Part shown: positions 29,752 through 39,501 of the stretch, piece by piece
Layout of the letters: each line of letters opens with the position of its first letter
Position numbering within the stretch: the stretch's first letter is position 1
NCBI GenBank assembly: GCA_963805085.1
Contig: CAWDTA010000002.1
Coordinates: 416,001 to 480,000, forward strand
Source of the DNA: an uncultured Veillonellaceae bacterium
GTDB taxonomy: Bacteria; Bacillota; Negativicutes; JARBTT01
DNA length: 64,000 bases
Direction of reading: 5' to 3'
Position numbers and translations under genes: made by a program
Notes under the pieces: generated by a model
Databases searched by the model: none
What the model was told of the DNA's origin: nothing
The model's input: the letters and a program-made list of their open reading frames with translations, nothing else

Positions 29752-30521
29752 TATATTTCATCCTCCTCATCATCCACCGCTGCCGATACTTTTTCTGTTG
29801 CTGGTTGCAAAGAAATATAAACATACCCCATAGCTGCACCTAAGAATGCCGCAAATAATAAATTATTCATTCCTGTATAAGCACTAATGGCAAATCCTAC
29901 ACCAAAAAAAACAAGTAAATCTTTACGCGCCATGTATTTTAATAACATTGCAATACCAACTGCTGGTAAAACTTTACCTACGGTATTGAATCCTGCAACG
30001 CCCCAAGCAGGAATTGCTGCAAGAAGTCCTTCAATGACTGGAGGTCCATAATAAGCTGCTAAAAATGCCGGAATACCTCTTACTAGAACCACAACAAATT
30101 GCGAAGGCACTGCCTGCAAAAACATCAACTTTTTTATATCCCCATTTTCCGCACATTTATCCTGTAGCGACGGAATCGCCGAATTGATCGACATGAATAA
30201 AATCCATGCATAATTGCCAATAACCCCTATAGACACTGCCATTACAACTGCTTGTTCTGTACTAATATTACTTTGGATTGCAACCGCAGTTCCTAGTAGT
30301 CCAGCTGAATACAAATCTGATGGATTTGCCCCGCCCGTACTATTCCAACCTAAGAAAGCCACATTAATTGCTGCCCCAATGATCATTCCTTCGACTGGTT
30401 TTCCATAAATTAACCCTACCCAAAAACCTGCCATAATTGGCTCACGAATCAGCCACCATCCTAATGGATTTGAGGAACTTTGCAGCCAGCCTAATATACC
30501 AATCATAATTGCCTCGATCAT
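29751..30521 (-). CDS. PTS mannose family IIC
   Basis: EPIMAGFWVGLIYG, GGANPSD, LPAVGIAMLL. Confidence 0.9.
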   Translation of the reverse strand: MIEAIMIGILGWLQSSSNPLGWWLIREPIMAGFWVGLIYGKPVEGMIIGAAINVAFLGWNSTGGANPSDLYSAGLLGTAVAIQSNISTEQAVVMAVSIGVIGNYAWILFMSINSAIPSLQDKCAENGDIKKLMFLQAVPSQFVVVLVRGIPAFLAAYYGPPVIEGLLAAIPAWGVAGFNTVGKVLPAVGIAMLLKYMARKDLLVFFGVGFAISAYTGMNNLLFAAFLGAAMGYVYISLQPATEKVSAAVDDEEDEI

Positions 30522-30606
30522 AAGTATCTCCTCCTCAATATAATTGCAAAATCTATGTACAGCTGGTGATTCATCGCGATCAATGAACCACCTGACTTCC
30601 TTAAGA

Positions 30607-31089
30607 TTAAAAAGCTACGCTTATTGCACTATAGTTCATTTTTTTATCCTCTGGGGTTGCTTGAAAGAATATTTTTACATCCTCCGCCATTTTTTTTATT
30701 AAATTATTATCTTCCTCATTTAATGTCATGTTTTGATAAACTGCTTTACGCCCTGGCCCTGCACCTAAACCACCAATTTGTAATTCTTCAATCGGAAATC
30801 CTTTTTCCCAGGTTACATGCGTCGTCAAAATATCTTTAAATAAAATCATCGCGTTACCTTCACCCAATTGGTTTTTATTCCAAGCGGCGATAAAACGCTC
30901 AATACTAACAATACTGCATTTTACCTCCGCGGGCGTCGCCATCCGATATATATTACTCATTACTGGATCTTTTGCTAAATTATCATTCACGATAATAATT
31001 TTTGTTGCTTGCGTATCTTTTAGCCATTTCGCGACTACTTGACCATGAATCAGACGAAAATCTACTCTGATTAAAGAAATTTTAGCCAT
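30607..31089 (-). CDS. PTS mannose family IIB
   Basis: RVDFRLIHGQV with phospho-acceptor His. Confidence 0.92.
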   Translation of the reverse strand: MAKISLIRVDFRLIHGQVVAKWLKDTQATKIIIVNDNLAKDPVMSNIYRMATPAEVKCSIVSIERFIAAWNKNQLGEGNAMILFKDILTTHVTWEKGFPIEELQIGGLGAGPGRKAVYQNMTLNEEDNNLIKKMAEDVKIFFQATPEDKKMNYSAISVAF

Positions 31090-31111
31090 TGTTATGCACC
31101 CTTTCTACCTT

Positions 31112-31543
31112 CTATATTGATAAATCTTCTACCGCACGCAGTTCTTTTAGAATATTTTTACAGCCTGATTGTCCAGCTTGTATTACTGCTTCAGCTAATT
31201 CTTCACCGCACATACTAAACCGTAAAGAGAGTGCTTCAATGAGCATACATAAATTTAATCCAGCAACTGCAATAACCTTATATTGACTCGCTACCGCTGC
31301 TGAAACATTAGATGGTGTCCCTCCAAATAAATCACTCATAATCACTGAACCCTCTGGCATTGTATTTAAAACAGTCTGTACATCGACAATAAAATCGGCT
31401 GGATCCATTCCTGGCATCAGTGACAAAGCCTTAACATTTTCTTGCGCACCGATAATCATCTCAGCACTTTTGATTATCTCTTCGCCAAAACTCCCATGTG
31501 TTATCACAAGAATTCCAGGAACAGCATTCTCTTCTTTTGGCAT
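31112..31543 (-). CDS. PTS mannose family IIA
   Basis: VITHGSF, DLFGGTPSN, GLNLCMLIE. Confidence 0.92.
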   Translation of the reverse strand: MPKEENAVPGILVITHGSFGEEIIKSAEMIIGAQENVKALSLMPGMDPADFIVDVQTVLNTMPEGSVIMSDLFGGTPSNVSAAVASQYKVIAVAGLNLCMLIEALSLRFSMCGEELAEAVIQAGQSGCKNILKELRAVEDLSI

Positions 31544-31571
31544 ACAGTTTTCCTCCCTACGCGCCTCTCAA

Positions 31572-32219
31572 CTATTGACGAGCTTTAACAATCGCATCTA
31601 AAAATTCTTTTGTTGCTTGCGTTACTTTGCCATAATCTCCATCTTTTTTATGTGCTTTCGAAATATAACTGCCAACACCAACAGCAACACATCCAGCCTC
31701 TAGCCATTCACCAACGTTTTCTGGCGTCACGCCACCAAAAGGAACAATTGGTGCAGTTGGCATCGGCGCCCGTAGAGTTTTTACATATTTAGGTCCATAA
31801 AATTCTGCTGGAAATAGTTTGATAATGTCAGCACCTGCAGCCATGGAATCTGAAATTTCCGTAGGCGACATCGCTCCCGATACAGTAATGGCCTGATAAC
31901 GATTTGCCATACGAATCATATCTGCACTAAAACTTGAACTTACCAACATTTCTGCTCCAGCCAAAAGAGCCGCACTAGCATTCTCAGCATCTAAAACCGT
32001 ACCAACCCCAATCACAATCCCTTGACTGCTATATTTACTGGTTAATTTTTTAATGATAGTAAGCACATCTGGAACCGCAAAAGGAAATTCCAAAGCTCTT
32101 GCCCCACCAGCAATCGCCGCTTCAGCAATTTTATACGCATCTTCTGCATCGTCAGACCGAATAATTGCGATCATTCCACATTCATCAATCGCTTTTAAAT
32201 TCTTTAATTTTTTCCACAT
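31572..32219 (-). CDS. KDPG/KHG (Eda-family) aldolase
   Basis: IAIIR, GVGTVLD, KLFPA Schiff-base Lys, PFGGV. Confidence 0.85.
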   Translation of the reverse strand: MWKKLKNLKAIDECGMIAIIRSDDAEDAYKIAEAAIAGGARALEFPFAVPDVLTIIKKLTSKYSSQGIVIGVGTVLDAENASAALLAGAEMLVSSSFSADMIRMANRYQAITVSGAMSPTEISDSMAAGADIIKLFPAEFYGPKYVKTLRAPMPTAPIVPFGGVTPENVGEWLEAGCVAVGVGSYISKAHKKDGDYGKVTQATKEFLDAIVKARQ

Positions 32220-32252
32220 AATAAATTTCTCCTTATAATTTTATATCAGATT

Positions 32253-33209
32253 CTATTTTATTACAGAATATTTTGCTTTTTCTCCCGATAAGACCCTTAC
32301 GATTTCCTCAGCTGCTATCACACCCGCATTGACAATCGCTTCTTTTGTATAAGCACCAGAATGTGCTGTCAATACAATATTGGATAAATCAACCAATTTC
32401 GAATCCACTAGCGGTTCATTTTGGTATACATCTAATGCAGCACCCGCAATCACTTCTGTACTGAGCGCTTCATATAAATCATCTTCTACAACAAGCTCAC
32501 CACGTGCTGTATTAACAATAAATGCTGTCTTTTTCATACTACGCAATCTATCTATGTTTACCATACCAATGGTATCTTTAATCGCTGGTGCATGTAAAGA
32601 TACGAAATCTGATTTTGTAAAAATATCGTCTAGACTAACATAAGTCACACCATATTGATCAATAAAATCTTGACGAGGATAAACATCATATGCCAAAATT
32701 TTCATCCCAAAAGCAAAGGCTCTCTTTGCGACTTCACCGCCGATATTCCCCATTCCCACAATACCGAGGACTTTACCTGCCAATTCAACGCCAGTATGAC
32801 GATACCAGCTTTTTTCTCTAATTTTTCTATCCATTGCCGGAACATTTCTTGCAATCGATAACATGAGACCCATTGCTAAATCTGCGACTGATTTGCTATT
32901 TGCACCTGGAGTGATGGTGACATCTATCTTTTGCTCTTTGGCTGCGACAACATCAATTGTATTGTACCCAACGCCTTGCTTTGCCACAATTTTTAAAGTC
33001 GGTGCTCCAGCCGTTAGAACAGCTGCCGTTACTTTATCACTACCTGCGATCATTCCATCAACACCTTGAATCATATCGATTAATTCAGCTTCTGTTAACG
33101 TTCGATCATAAGGATTTAAAATCAATTCATATCCTTGTTCATCCAAAATCTTCATTGCTTCTGGCGCTCTTGATCGTGCCCTTGAACCAATCAAAACTTT
33201 TTTCTTCAT
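32253..33209 (-). CDS. D-isomer-specific 2-hydroxyacid dehydrogenase
   Basis: GVGYNTID, GMGNIG, NTARG, ALDVY..EP, TAHSG. Confidence 0.88.
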   Translation of the reverse strand: MKKKVLIGSRARSRAPEAMKILDEQGYELILNPYDRTLTEAELIDMIQGVDGMIAGSDKVTAAVLTAGAPTLKIVAKQGVGYNTIDVVAAKEQKIDVTITPGANSKSVADLAMGLMLSIARNVPAMDRKIREKSWYRHTGVELAGKVLGIVGMGNIGGEVAKRAFAFGMKILAYDVYPRQDFIDQYGVTYVSLDDIFTKSDFVSLHAPAIKDTIGMVNIDRLRSMKKTAFIVNTARGELVVEDDLYEALSTEVIAGAALDVYQNEPLVDSKLVDLSNIVLTAHSGAYTKEAIVNAGVIAAEEIVRVLSGEKAKYSVIK

Positions 33210-33279
33210 CGACTCAACCCCTTGCCATAATATTTCGATTTATTTCATTATTCTTAAAATTAATCTTGACTACTATAAA

Positions 33280-33295
33280 TGCAAGAAGCGTGCCA
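33280..33295 (-). promoter_or_regulatory. Sigma54 (-24/-12) promoter of the PTS operon
   Basis: TGGCACGCTTCTTGCA, GG-N10-GC, about 70 bp upstream of the first gene. Confidence 0.88.
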
Positions 33296-33394
33296 CTACA
33301 CTAAACGCCTATAACTAATAAGAAGTTACGCAAATTATCACAACACTACACAAAAAGTATTATTTTGATGATGCTATAAACAACACTTCTCATT

Positions 33395-33456
33395 ATAAAT
33401 AAAGACCTAATTCAGATGACGTTTCAACACCACCTGAATTATAATTATCGGATAAA
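33395..33456 (+). repeat. Degenerate, internally deleted copy of the 130-bp repeat family
   Basis: ATAAATAAAGACCTAATTCAGATG...CACCTGAA...ATCGGATAAA keeps both ends and the first hairpin of the reverse complement of 4647-4779. Confidence 0.5.
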
Positions 33457-33565
33457 AAATAAAGACACTAGAAATTTAAATTCTAATGTCCTCAAATCCA
33501 AGTAAACTATTTTTTTATGATAAAAACACCTTACATAGAAATTTCTTTATAGATCAATGAAACTT

Positions 33566-34318
33566 TTAAACTGACATTCCTGACATGATAAATTTCACAC
33601 CCAGCACAAACACCACAATTGATAGTAAAATGATAATTGCTCGCGGTTTGGTTTTGCTCGCAATTTTTGCCCCAATTTGTGCCCCAAAGATTGCTCCAAT
33701 ACCGACACAAATTCCCGGAAGCCATAATACATGCCCCAAAATAAAATGTGAAATAACTCCAACAAAGCTAGATATCGCAAGTACACAAGTAGACGTTGCC
33801 GTTGCAACATGTGTAGGAAAGCCAAGCGCATAAATCATCATTGGTACGTGGATAATCCCACCCCCAATACCTAAAACGCTAGAAATAAAACCAACGCCGA
33901 CACTACTTATAATTCCTAAAGTACTATTATACTGAAACACTTTTTGATCAAAATGCTGCTGTTTTTCTTTCTTTGAAGATTTAGAGTACATCATGACCGA
34001 CATAAACACTAAAAAAAGACCAAAGGCCAGACTAAAGGTTGCCCCTGTAAAATAGTGTGCGACATAACTCCCCAAAAATGCCCCAGGAATAGTCGCTAAA
34101 CCAAACCGAATTGCTGCATGATAAAACACTTTTTTTTGCTTAATATAAGCCCAAGTTCCAGATATTGCATTGAATAAAACAATAAACAAGGAGGTCCCTA
34201 TTGTTTGTGCGGCTGAATACTCAAATCCCCATAAAAATACCGGGATCAAGATCAATCCGCCCCCGACACCTACCAATGTTCCAAAAGCACCTACCACACT
34301 ACCAAGTAAAAAAAACAT
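33566..34318 (-). CDS. TauE/SafE family (sulfite exporter-like) membrane protein
   Basis: GTLVGVGGGLILIP, GTSL, SSVLGIGGGIIHVP, ATATS; start may be ATT 34336. Confidence 0.88.
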   Translation of the reverse strand: MFFLLGSVVGAFGTLVGVGGGLILIPVFLWGFEYSAAQTIGTSLFIVLFNAISGTWAYIKQKKVFYHAAIRFGLATIPGAFLGSYVAHYFTGATFSLAFGLFLVFMSVMMYSKSSKKEKQQHFDQKVFQYNSTLGIISSVGVGFISSVLGIGGGIIHVPMMIYALGFPTHVATATSTCVLAISSFVGVISHFILGHVLWLPGICVGIGAIFGAQIGAKIASKTKPRAIIILLSIVVFVLGVKFIMSGMSV

Positions 34319-34354
34319 AAATGCTGTTATAATAATAAAAATCTCCTCCGTTTT

Positions 34355-35053
34355 CTATACAAACATGGATACGAACAAAGCTATAACCACAGAAACTAAA
34401 CCTGTTACAACAACAGCAATTCCTGCTAAAGCACCTTCCGTTTCGCCGATTTCAACTGCCTTAGAACTACCTAACGCATGGCTCGATGTCCCAATCGCAA
34501 TGCCTACGGCAATACTTTGATTGATTTTAAAGAACTTTAAAGCAAAAGGAATCAACATCGTCCCTAATATGCCTGTACAAATCACAGAGGCAACAGTAAG
34601 AGCTGGAATTCCTCCTAAAATCGTAGAAATATCGATTGCGATTGCTGCTGTTGTCGTTTTGGGTGCCATCGATAAGGCAACTTGCCTGTCAATCCCCATT
34701 GCCGAGCACAGCATGTAAATGCTATACATACTTGTGATTGAGCCAACAACCGTACCAACAATAATGGGTACGATATTATTTCGAATGGTCTGCCGCTCCT
34801 TATACATTGGCAATGCAAACATAATCGTAGCTGGACATAGTAGAATATTAATCACCACCCCCCCCTTATTGAAGGTGTCTAAAGAAATATCAAATACCTG
34901 CATGCCAAAAACAATCAATACGATTGCAACAAATAATGGATTTAATAGTTGCACATTCGTCTTTTGATAAATATAAATTCCTATTTGATATGCCAAAATA
35001 CAAATACCCAGAATTGCTATGGGTAACATTGGACTGTCACTGATAACTTCCAC
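34355..35053 (-). CDS. lrgB: LrgB/CidB family membrane protein
   Basis: LLNPLFVAI, PATIMFALPMY, SMAPKTTTAAIA, GTSSHALGS. Confidence 0.88.
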   Translation of the reverse strand: MEVISDSPMLPIAILGICILAYQIGIYIYQKTNVQLLNPLFVAIVLIVFGMQVFDISLDTFNKGGVVINILLCPATIMFALPMYKERQTIRNNIVPIIVGTVVGSITSMYSIYMLCSAMGIDRQVALSMAPKTTTAAIAIDISTILGGIPALTVASVICTGILGTMLIPFALKFFKINQSIAVGIAIGTSSHALGSSKAVEIGETEGALAGIAVVVTGLVSVVIALFVSMFV

Positions 35054-35054
35054 G

Positions 35055-35420
35055 TTAATTATTCTTCCTCATTTTATTTTGTAAGTGTAACACTAATTTC
35101 ACAGCAACTCCAGTCGTTGCAAACGTTAAGAGTGTTGAAATCAGCGTCACGATTGAATACTGAAACAAAATATTTTTGATCAAATCATATTTGCCAATAA
35201 TCGATACGCCCGCGGCGATAAAAAAGAATCCCATGTTGTGCATAAAAAAATTCGCGATATCTTCAATATAGCTTATTTTGATAATCCTTAGCATCAAACA
35301 GCTCATTAAAAGGATAATCCCGACCACACTCACTGGAATAGCAATCGGCAAAAGGCGTGAAAGAATATCAGCGCAAGCTACCAACAAAAAGACGATACCG
35401 ATTTGTACTAATATTTTCAT
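35055..35420 (-). CDS. lrgA: CidA/LrgA family membrane protein
   Basis: IPVSVVGIILL, NMGFFFIAAGV; directly upstream of lrgB. Confidence 0.85.
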   Translation of the reverse strand: MKILVQIGIVFLLVACADILSRLLPIAIPVSVVGIILLMSCLMLRIIKISYIEDIANFFMHNMGFFFIAAGVSIIGKYDLIKNILFQYSIVTLISTLLTFATTGVAVKLVLHLQNKMRKNN

Positions 35421-35447
35421 TTATATTCTTCCACTCCTGTTACCTGA

Positions 35448-36347
35448 TTAAAATTTAACTATAGATAAATCATACGATTCAATCATTTGTTCTAGATTTT
35501 TTATTTCTTCTTCGGTTGGTGTCGTGTACTCTTGTACACCAATACCAAGCGCTTCCATCTTATGCTGTCCTAACGTATGATATGGCAATAATTCAATTTG
35601 CTTAATGGTGGTTTGCGCTCTTAAAAATTCGCACATCGATCGAATATTCTTTTCAGTTGCATTGACTTCTCTAATCAAAGGGACACGGATGATGATATTT
35701 TGATGTAGCTTAGAAATCTGCTTAATGTTTTCTAAAATTTTTTGATTACTAACACCCGTAAGCGCCTGATGCATCTCATCATCCATATGCTTGATATCAA
35801 TGAAAATTGCATTTAATGCAACGATAATGTCTTGGTTTTCAGCAAAATCAAAATAAGCGCTTGTTTCTACGGCTGTATCAATTCCCATAGCATGACACTG
35901 TGAAACCAATTGACGTAAATAACTGCCTTGCATAAAGGGCTCACCGCCAGAAAAGGTAACACCACCACCAGATTCTTGATAAAAAATGCAATCTTTACGA
36001 ATCATGTGCATAACATCTTCGACGGTGACAGCTTCACCAATCTGCTTTCTCGCCCCATGCATGCATACCGCCAAACATTTTTGGCAATACACACATTTCG
36101 CATGGTCAAACTGTATTTTCCCCGATGCACTTTGCGTAATTGCGCCATGCTCACATACTGCCAAACAACTCTTACAATTTGTGCATTTTTGCTCATACAC
36201 CATGATTTCTAACTTCTGATACCAAGATTCTGGATTCGCACACCATTTGCACCTGAGCGGACACCCTTTAAAAAACGCGGTACTCCTGATTCCATCACCA
36301 TCATGAATCGACCAGCGTTGCAGTTGAAAAATATTAAAGGTTTTCAT
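35448..36347 (-). CDS. GRE activating enzyme (radical SAM with two-[4Fe-4S] insert)
   Basis: HDGDGIR, GCPLRCKWCANPES, CTNCKSCLAVC, CVYCQKCLAVC, GGGVTFSGGEP, LLPYH; start overlaps the GRE stop. Confidence 0.93.
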   Translation of the reverse strand: MKTFNIFQLQRWSIHDGDGIRSTAFFKGCPLRCKWCANPESWYQKLEIMVYEQKCTNCKSCLAVCEHGAITQSASGKIQFDHAKCVYCQKCLAVCMHGARKQIGEAVTVEDVMHMIRKDCIFYQESGGGVTFSGGEPFMQGSYLRQLVSQCHAMGIDTAVETSAYFDFAENQDIIVALNAIFIDIKHMDDEMHQALTGVSNQKILENIKQISKLHQNIIIRVPLIREVNATEKNIRSMCEFLRAQTTIKQIELLPYHTLGQHKMEALGIGVQEYTTPTEEEIKNLEQMIESYDLSIVKF

Positions 36348-38709
36348 ATGTGGTACGCTCGATGATCGCTTCTTGTGCATCACGCGACAAGTTGACGAAT
36401 TGCGTGCTGTAACCAGCCACCCGTACTAATAAATCTTTATAGTTTTCTGGCTCCGCTTGCGCTTTTCTTAATAGCTCGGTCGAAATTACATTGAACTGTA
36501 CATGGAATGCACCTAAAGCAAAATAGGCTCTGATCATCGAAGCAAGATTTCTCAGATTACGCTCTGATTTTAATAGTTCTGGTGAAAATTTAATATTGAG
36601 TAGTGTTCCGCCACTGTGAATATCATGGTTGATTTTTGCTGCAGAACGCATTGCTGCCGTTGGGCTCGTTAAATCTGTACCAGCATGTGGGGAAACACCT
36701 TCGGTTAGAGGCGACCCAGATTTTCTGCCATCCGGGGTTGCTCCAATCACAGCACCAGCGGGAATATAATTGGAGATTCCCATAAAGGCTGAATTGAATG
36801 GTGAGCCAAAGAAATCCTTATACGCAACAATTTCTTTATGATAAAAATCGGTAATTTCAATTGCAATCATATCTACATAATCATCGTCATTACCATATTT
36901 CGGACAAGTAATTGCATCTTGACGCATTGCTTCGTAGCCAACCCAATCTGCTTTCATTGCTTCGCGAATCTCGGCTAACGTATATTTCTTTTCTTCGAAT
37001 ACCAATTTTTTAATCATCGCTAGCGAATTGGCTACATCTGCTACCCCAATCCCAGTAAGCACTGGACCGAGGTTGTATTTTGCTCCGCCGCGGCTTAAAT
37101 CTTTGCCCTTTTCCATACAACCATCCACTACCATTGACAAATATGGACGTGGCACCATTTCAGCATGAATTTGTTGTGCGGTAACACTACCGATTACCGA
37201 ATGCTTAATCAGGTTTGCTAATTGGTCAAAGAAGGCTGTCTTCACCGCTTGATAACTTGTAAGATCCTCTAATGGGGTTTCTAATCCCATCACCTGACCT
37301 GTGATATTCCCCTTACCTTGATTTAAGGTATATTCAATTGCCGCTGCTAAATTGATGTTTACCGCAGACGTCCATTCGCCAATCTTTCTAAAATGTGGCA
37401 CTACACAACCGCAGTTGCTCCAATCACGGGCATCTTCTACTGAAAGACCTGCTGCCATGAGCATTTCTGATCCTACGCGATCATTATGTACCGCGGGGAA
37501 TCCTGTACCTGCACTGATTAATTTACAAACGGCCATTAAAAATTCTGGTGGACAATCAGGATGAATGCGCACACTGAGGCCTGGTTGATGGGTTTTTACA
37601 TTCTCGCTTGCTTTTAAGCACATATAGGAGATTGCATTCGTTCCGTCACGACCATCACGGCGTCTGCCACCAACGGTTAAATTTTGGAATGAATTGTAAC
37701 CAGCAAAAAACTTCGCTGTATTACTAGAGATTGCCCATACCCATTCTGACAACTTAATCCAAAGCGCTTCAATCAATTCTTGTGCTTTTTCGGCCGTGAT
37801 TTTTCCATTTTGCAAATCTGCTTCATAAAACGGATACATATATTGATCAAAACGTCCCAAATTCAGCGCCAAAGAGTTTTCTGAAAGGATAGAGCCAATT
37901 TGCGTAAACCAAACCGTTTGTATCGCTTCAGCAAAAGTAGTTGGCGGTTTTTCTGGTACGTTTTCACAAATCGCGGCGATCGCTAACAATTCAGCTTTTC
38001 TCGCTGGATTTTGTTCTGTTTCAGCAAGTTCTGCTGCTTTTTTCGCATATCGCCCGGCTAAACAAACGATGCCTTCGCAGACTAAAACTGCACTTTGGTA
38101 GAACTCAATTTTTTCAAGATTCTCTGCCGAGGTCGGCTCTAACTCTGCTAATTTTGCGCTTGCATCTTTCCGTAAGCCACCAAAGCCTTTTTTGAAAATT
38201 ACATCTTGATAATCCGCAGTGACTTCGCCAACGGCACTACGCCATTTGGAGTCATTATCGATAATTCCTGTATCGATTAAAAGTTTCGCTGTTTTTTTGT
38301 CTAAGCGGGAGAGAAAAGTTTCCTCAAGCGATTTCCCCTTCCAGTAAGGGAACACCTCGTTTCTTAAGGCTTCTTTGGCAGCCTCATCAATCACATAAGG
38401 ATCTTGGTTACGGCTTTCAAACGTATCCATCTCTTGCTCAACCCATTGCCACGAATATTCTGGACATACAATCCCATTTCTTCTGAATTCACCAATCGAA
38501 CCAACAATCAATTCTTGATCAAATATCGTAACCGGAATCGTCTGGCAAACTTCGCCAAAAGCTTTCGCTCTTCTGATAATGACCGCTTCACCCTCTGTTT
38601 TTTTATGCGATTCAGTAAAGGTGATTGCTCTTTGTACACTAATGGATGGTTTTGAGTTTACATAAATATCTTTAAATTCGTCAATCCTACTACTCATGAT
38701 GTTGTTCAT
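36334..38709 (-). CDS. Glycyl radical enzyme of unassigned class (Cys loop CGCVVP)
   Basis: Gly loop LLVRVAGYS, HVQFNV, ATPDGR, GRFDQY, FFAGYNSFQNLTVGG; start may be ATG 38697. Confidence 0.92.
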   Translation of the reverse strand: MNNIMSSRIDEFKDIYVNSKPSISVQRAITFTESHKKTEGEAVIIRRAKAFGEVCQTIPVTIFDQELIVGSIGEFRRNGIVCPEYSWQWVEQEMDTFESRNQDPYVIDEAAKEALRNEVFPYWKGKSLEETFLSRLDKKTAKLLIDTGIIDNDSKWRSAVGEVTADYQDVIFKKGFGGLRKDASAKLAELEPTSAENLEKIEFYQSAVLVCEGIVCLAGRYAKKAAELAETEQNPARKAELLAIAAICENVPEKPPTTFAEAIQTVWFTQIGSILSENSLALNLGRFDQYMYPFYEADLQNGKITAEKAQELIEALWIKLSEWVWAISSNTAKFFAGYNSFQNLTVGGRRRDGRDGTNAISYMCLKASENVKTHQPGLSVRIHPDCPPEFLMAVCKLISAGTGFPAVHNDRVGSEMLMAAGLSVEDARDWSNCGCVVPHFRKIGEWTSAVNINLAAAIEYTLNQGKGNITGQVMGLETPLEDLTSYQAVKTAFFDQLANLIKHSVIGSVTAQQIHAEMVPRPYLSMVVDGCMEKGKDLSRGGAKYNLGPVLTGIGVADVANSLAMIKKLVFEEKKYTLAEIREAMKADWVGYEAMRQDAITCPKYGNDDDYVDMIAIEITDFYHKEIVAYKDFFGSPFNSAFMGISNYIPAGAVIGATPDGRKSGSPLTEGVSPHAGTDLTSPTAAMRSAAKINHDIHSGGTLLNIKFSPELLKSERNLRNLASMIRAYFALGAFHVQFNVISTELLRKAQAEPENYKDLLVRVAGYSTQFVNLSRDAQEAIIERTTYENL

Positions 38710-39394
38710 CCTTTCTTTTTTGTTGCTTAGCGTCCAGCAAATAATTATGTAACGTTTTGCTGGCTGATTCCATATGCATTTTCAGTATCTTCTTGGCTCT
38801 CTTTATATCTTTTTGTGTGCACGCTTCCAAAAGATCCCGATGTTCCTTCTGCGACTGTGTTTGGTAGTGCATCTCTTCTAAATAAATCCGCATATAACGT
38901 TCTACATTGTTATGCAGTACTCGAATCATATCTAGTAATTTTGTTTTTCCTGAAGCTTCATAAAGATATTCATGAAACAAACAGTTGAGTTCACTCCAGC
39001 GATTGGAGTCTTCCTCTCTTTCTAATGCTTCTAAAACATGCTCCGCTTTTTGAATCCCTTCTTCAGTAATCGCTGGTATCGCAAATTCCAAAGCGCCAAG
39101 TTCGAGCAACATACGAATTTCAAAAATTTCTTGTGCTTCCTCTGCGGATAACTCGGTTACAATTGCACCTCGATTCGGATAAAACTTCACTAGTCCTTCT
39201 GACTCTAACGTTTTTAAGGCTTCACGCAACGCACTCATACTTACATTGAACTCTTGTGCGAGTACCTCTTGTTTTAACGGCATCCCACCGACAAACGTAC
39301 CTGATAATATCAATTGCCGTAATTGGTTACTGATTTTAATCGGTATCGTCATTCTTCCTAATTTCTCTGTTTGTTTAAAATAATTTGTTTTCAT
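38690..39394 (-). CDS. GntR (FadR/FCD) regulator heading the GRE operon
   Basis: LAQEFNVSMSALREAL..LESEGLV...PNRGAIV; FCD N..FH...EH. Confidence 0.9.
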   Translation of the reverse strand: MKTNYFKQTEKLGRMTIPIKISNQLRQLILSGTFVGGMPLKQEVLAQEFNVSMSALREALKTLESEGLVKFYPNRGAIVTELSAEEAQEIFEIRMLLELGALEFAIPAITEEGIQKAEHVLEALEREEDSNRWSELNCLFHEYLYEASGKTKLLDMIRVLHNNVERYMRIYLEEMHYQTQSQKEHRDLLEACTQKDIKRAKKILKMHMESASKTLHNYLLDAKQQKRKDEQHHE

Positions 39395-39436
39395 GGTTTT
39401 TAATATACTACAACTATTTTAAAAATCACAGACGAT

Positions 39437-39501
39437 TTTCGAAAGTATACAGTATTCACTTTCACCTTTGCTTTATTTGACAAATTTCGAAAGTATACAG
39501 T
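39437..39501. promoter_or_regulatory. Two identical 17-bp direct repeats, putative GntR operators
   Basis: TTTCGAAAGTATACAGT at 39437-39453 and 39485-39501. Confidence 0.65.

Noticed and set aside
36334-38709. Annotation as pyruvate formate-lyase or choline TMA-lyase CutC
   Set aside because: No adjacent Cys-Cys (PFL), no GCVEP/GGGD (CutC), and no microcompartment genes
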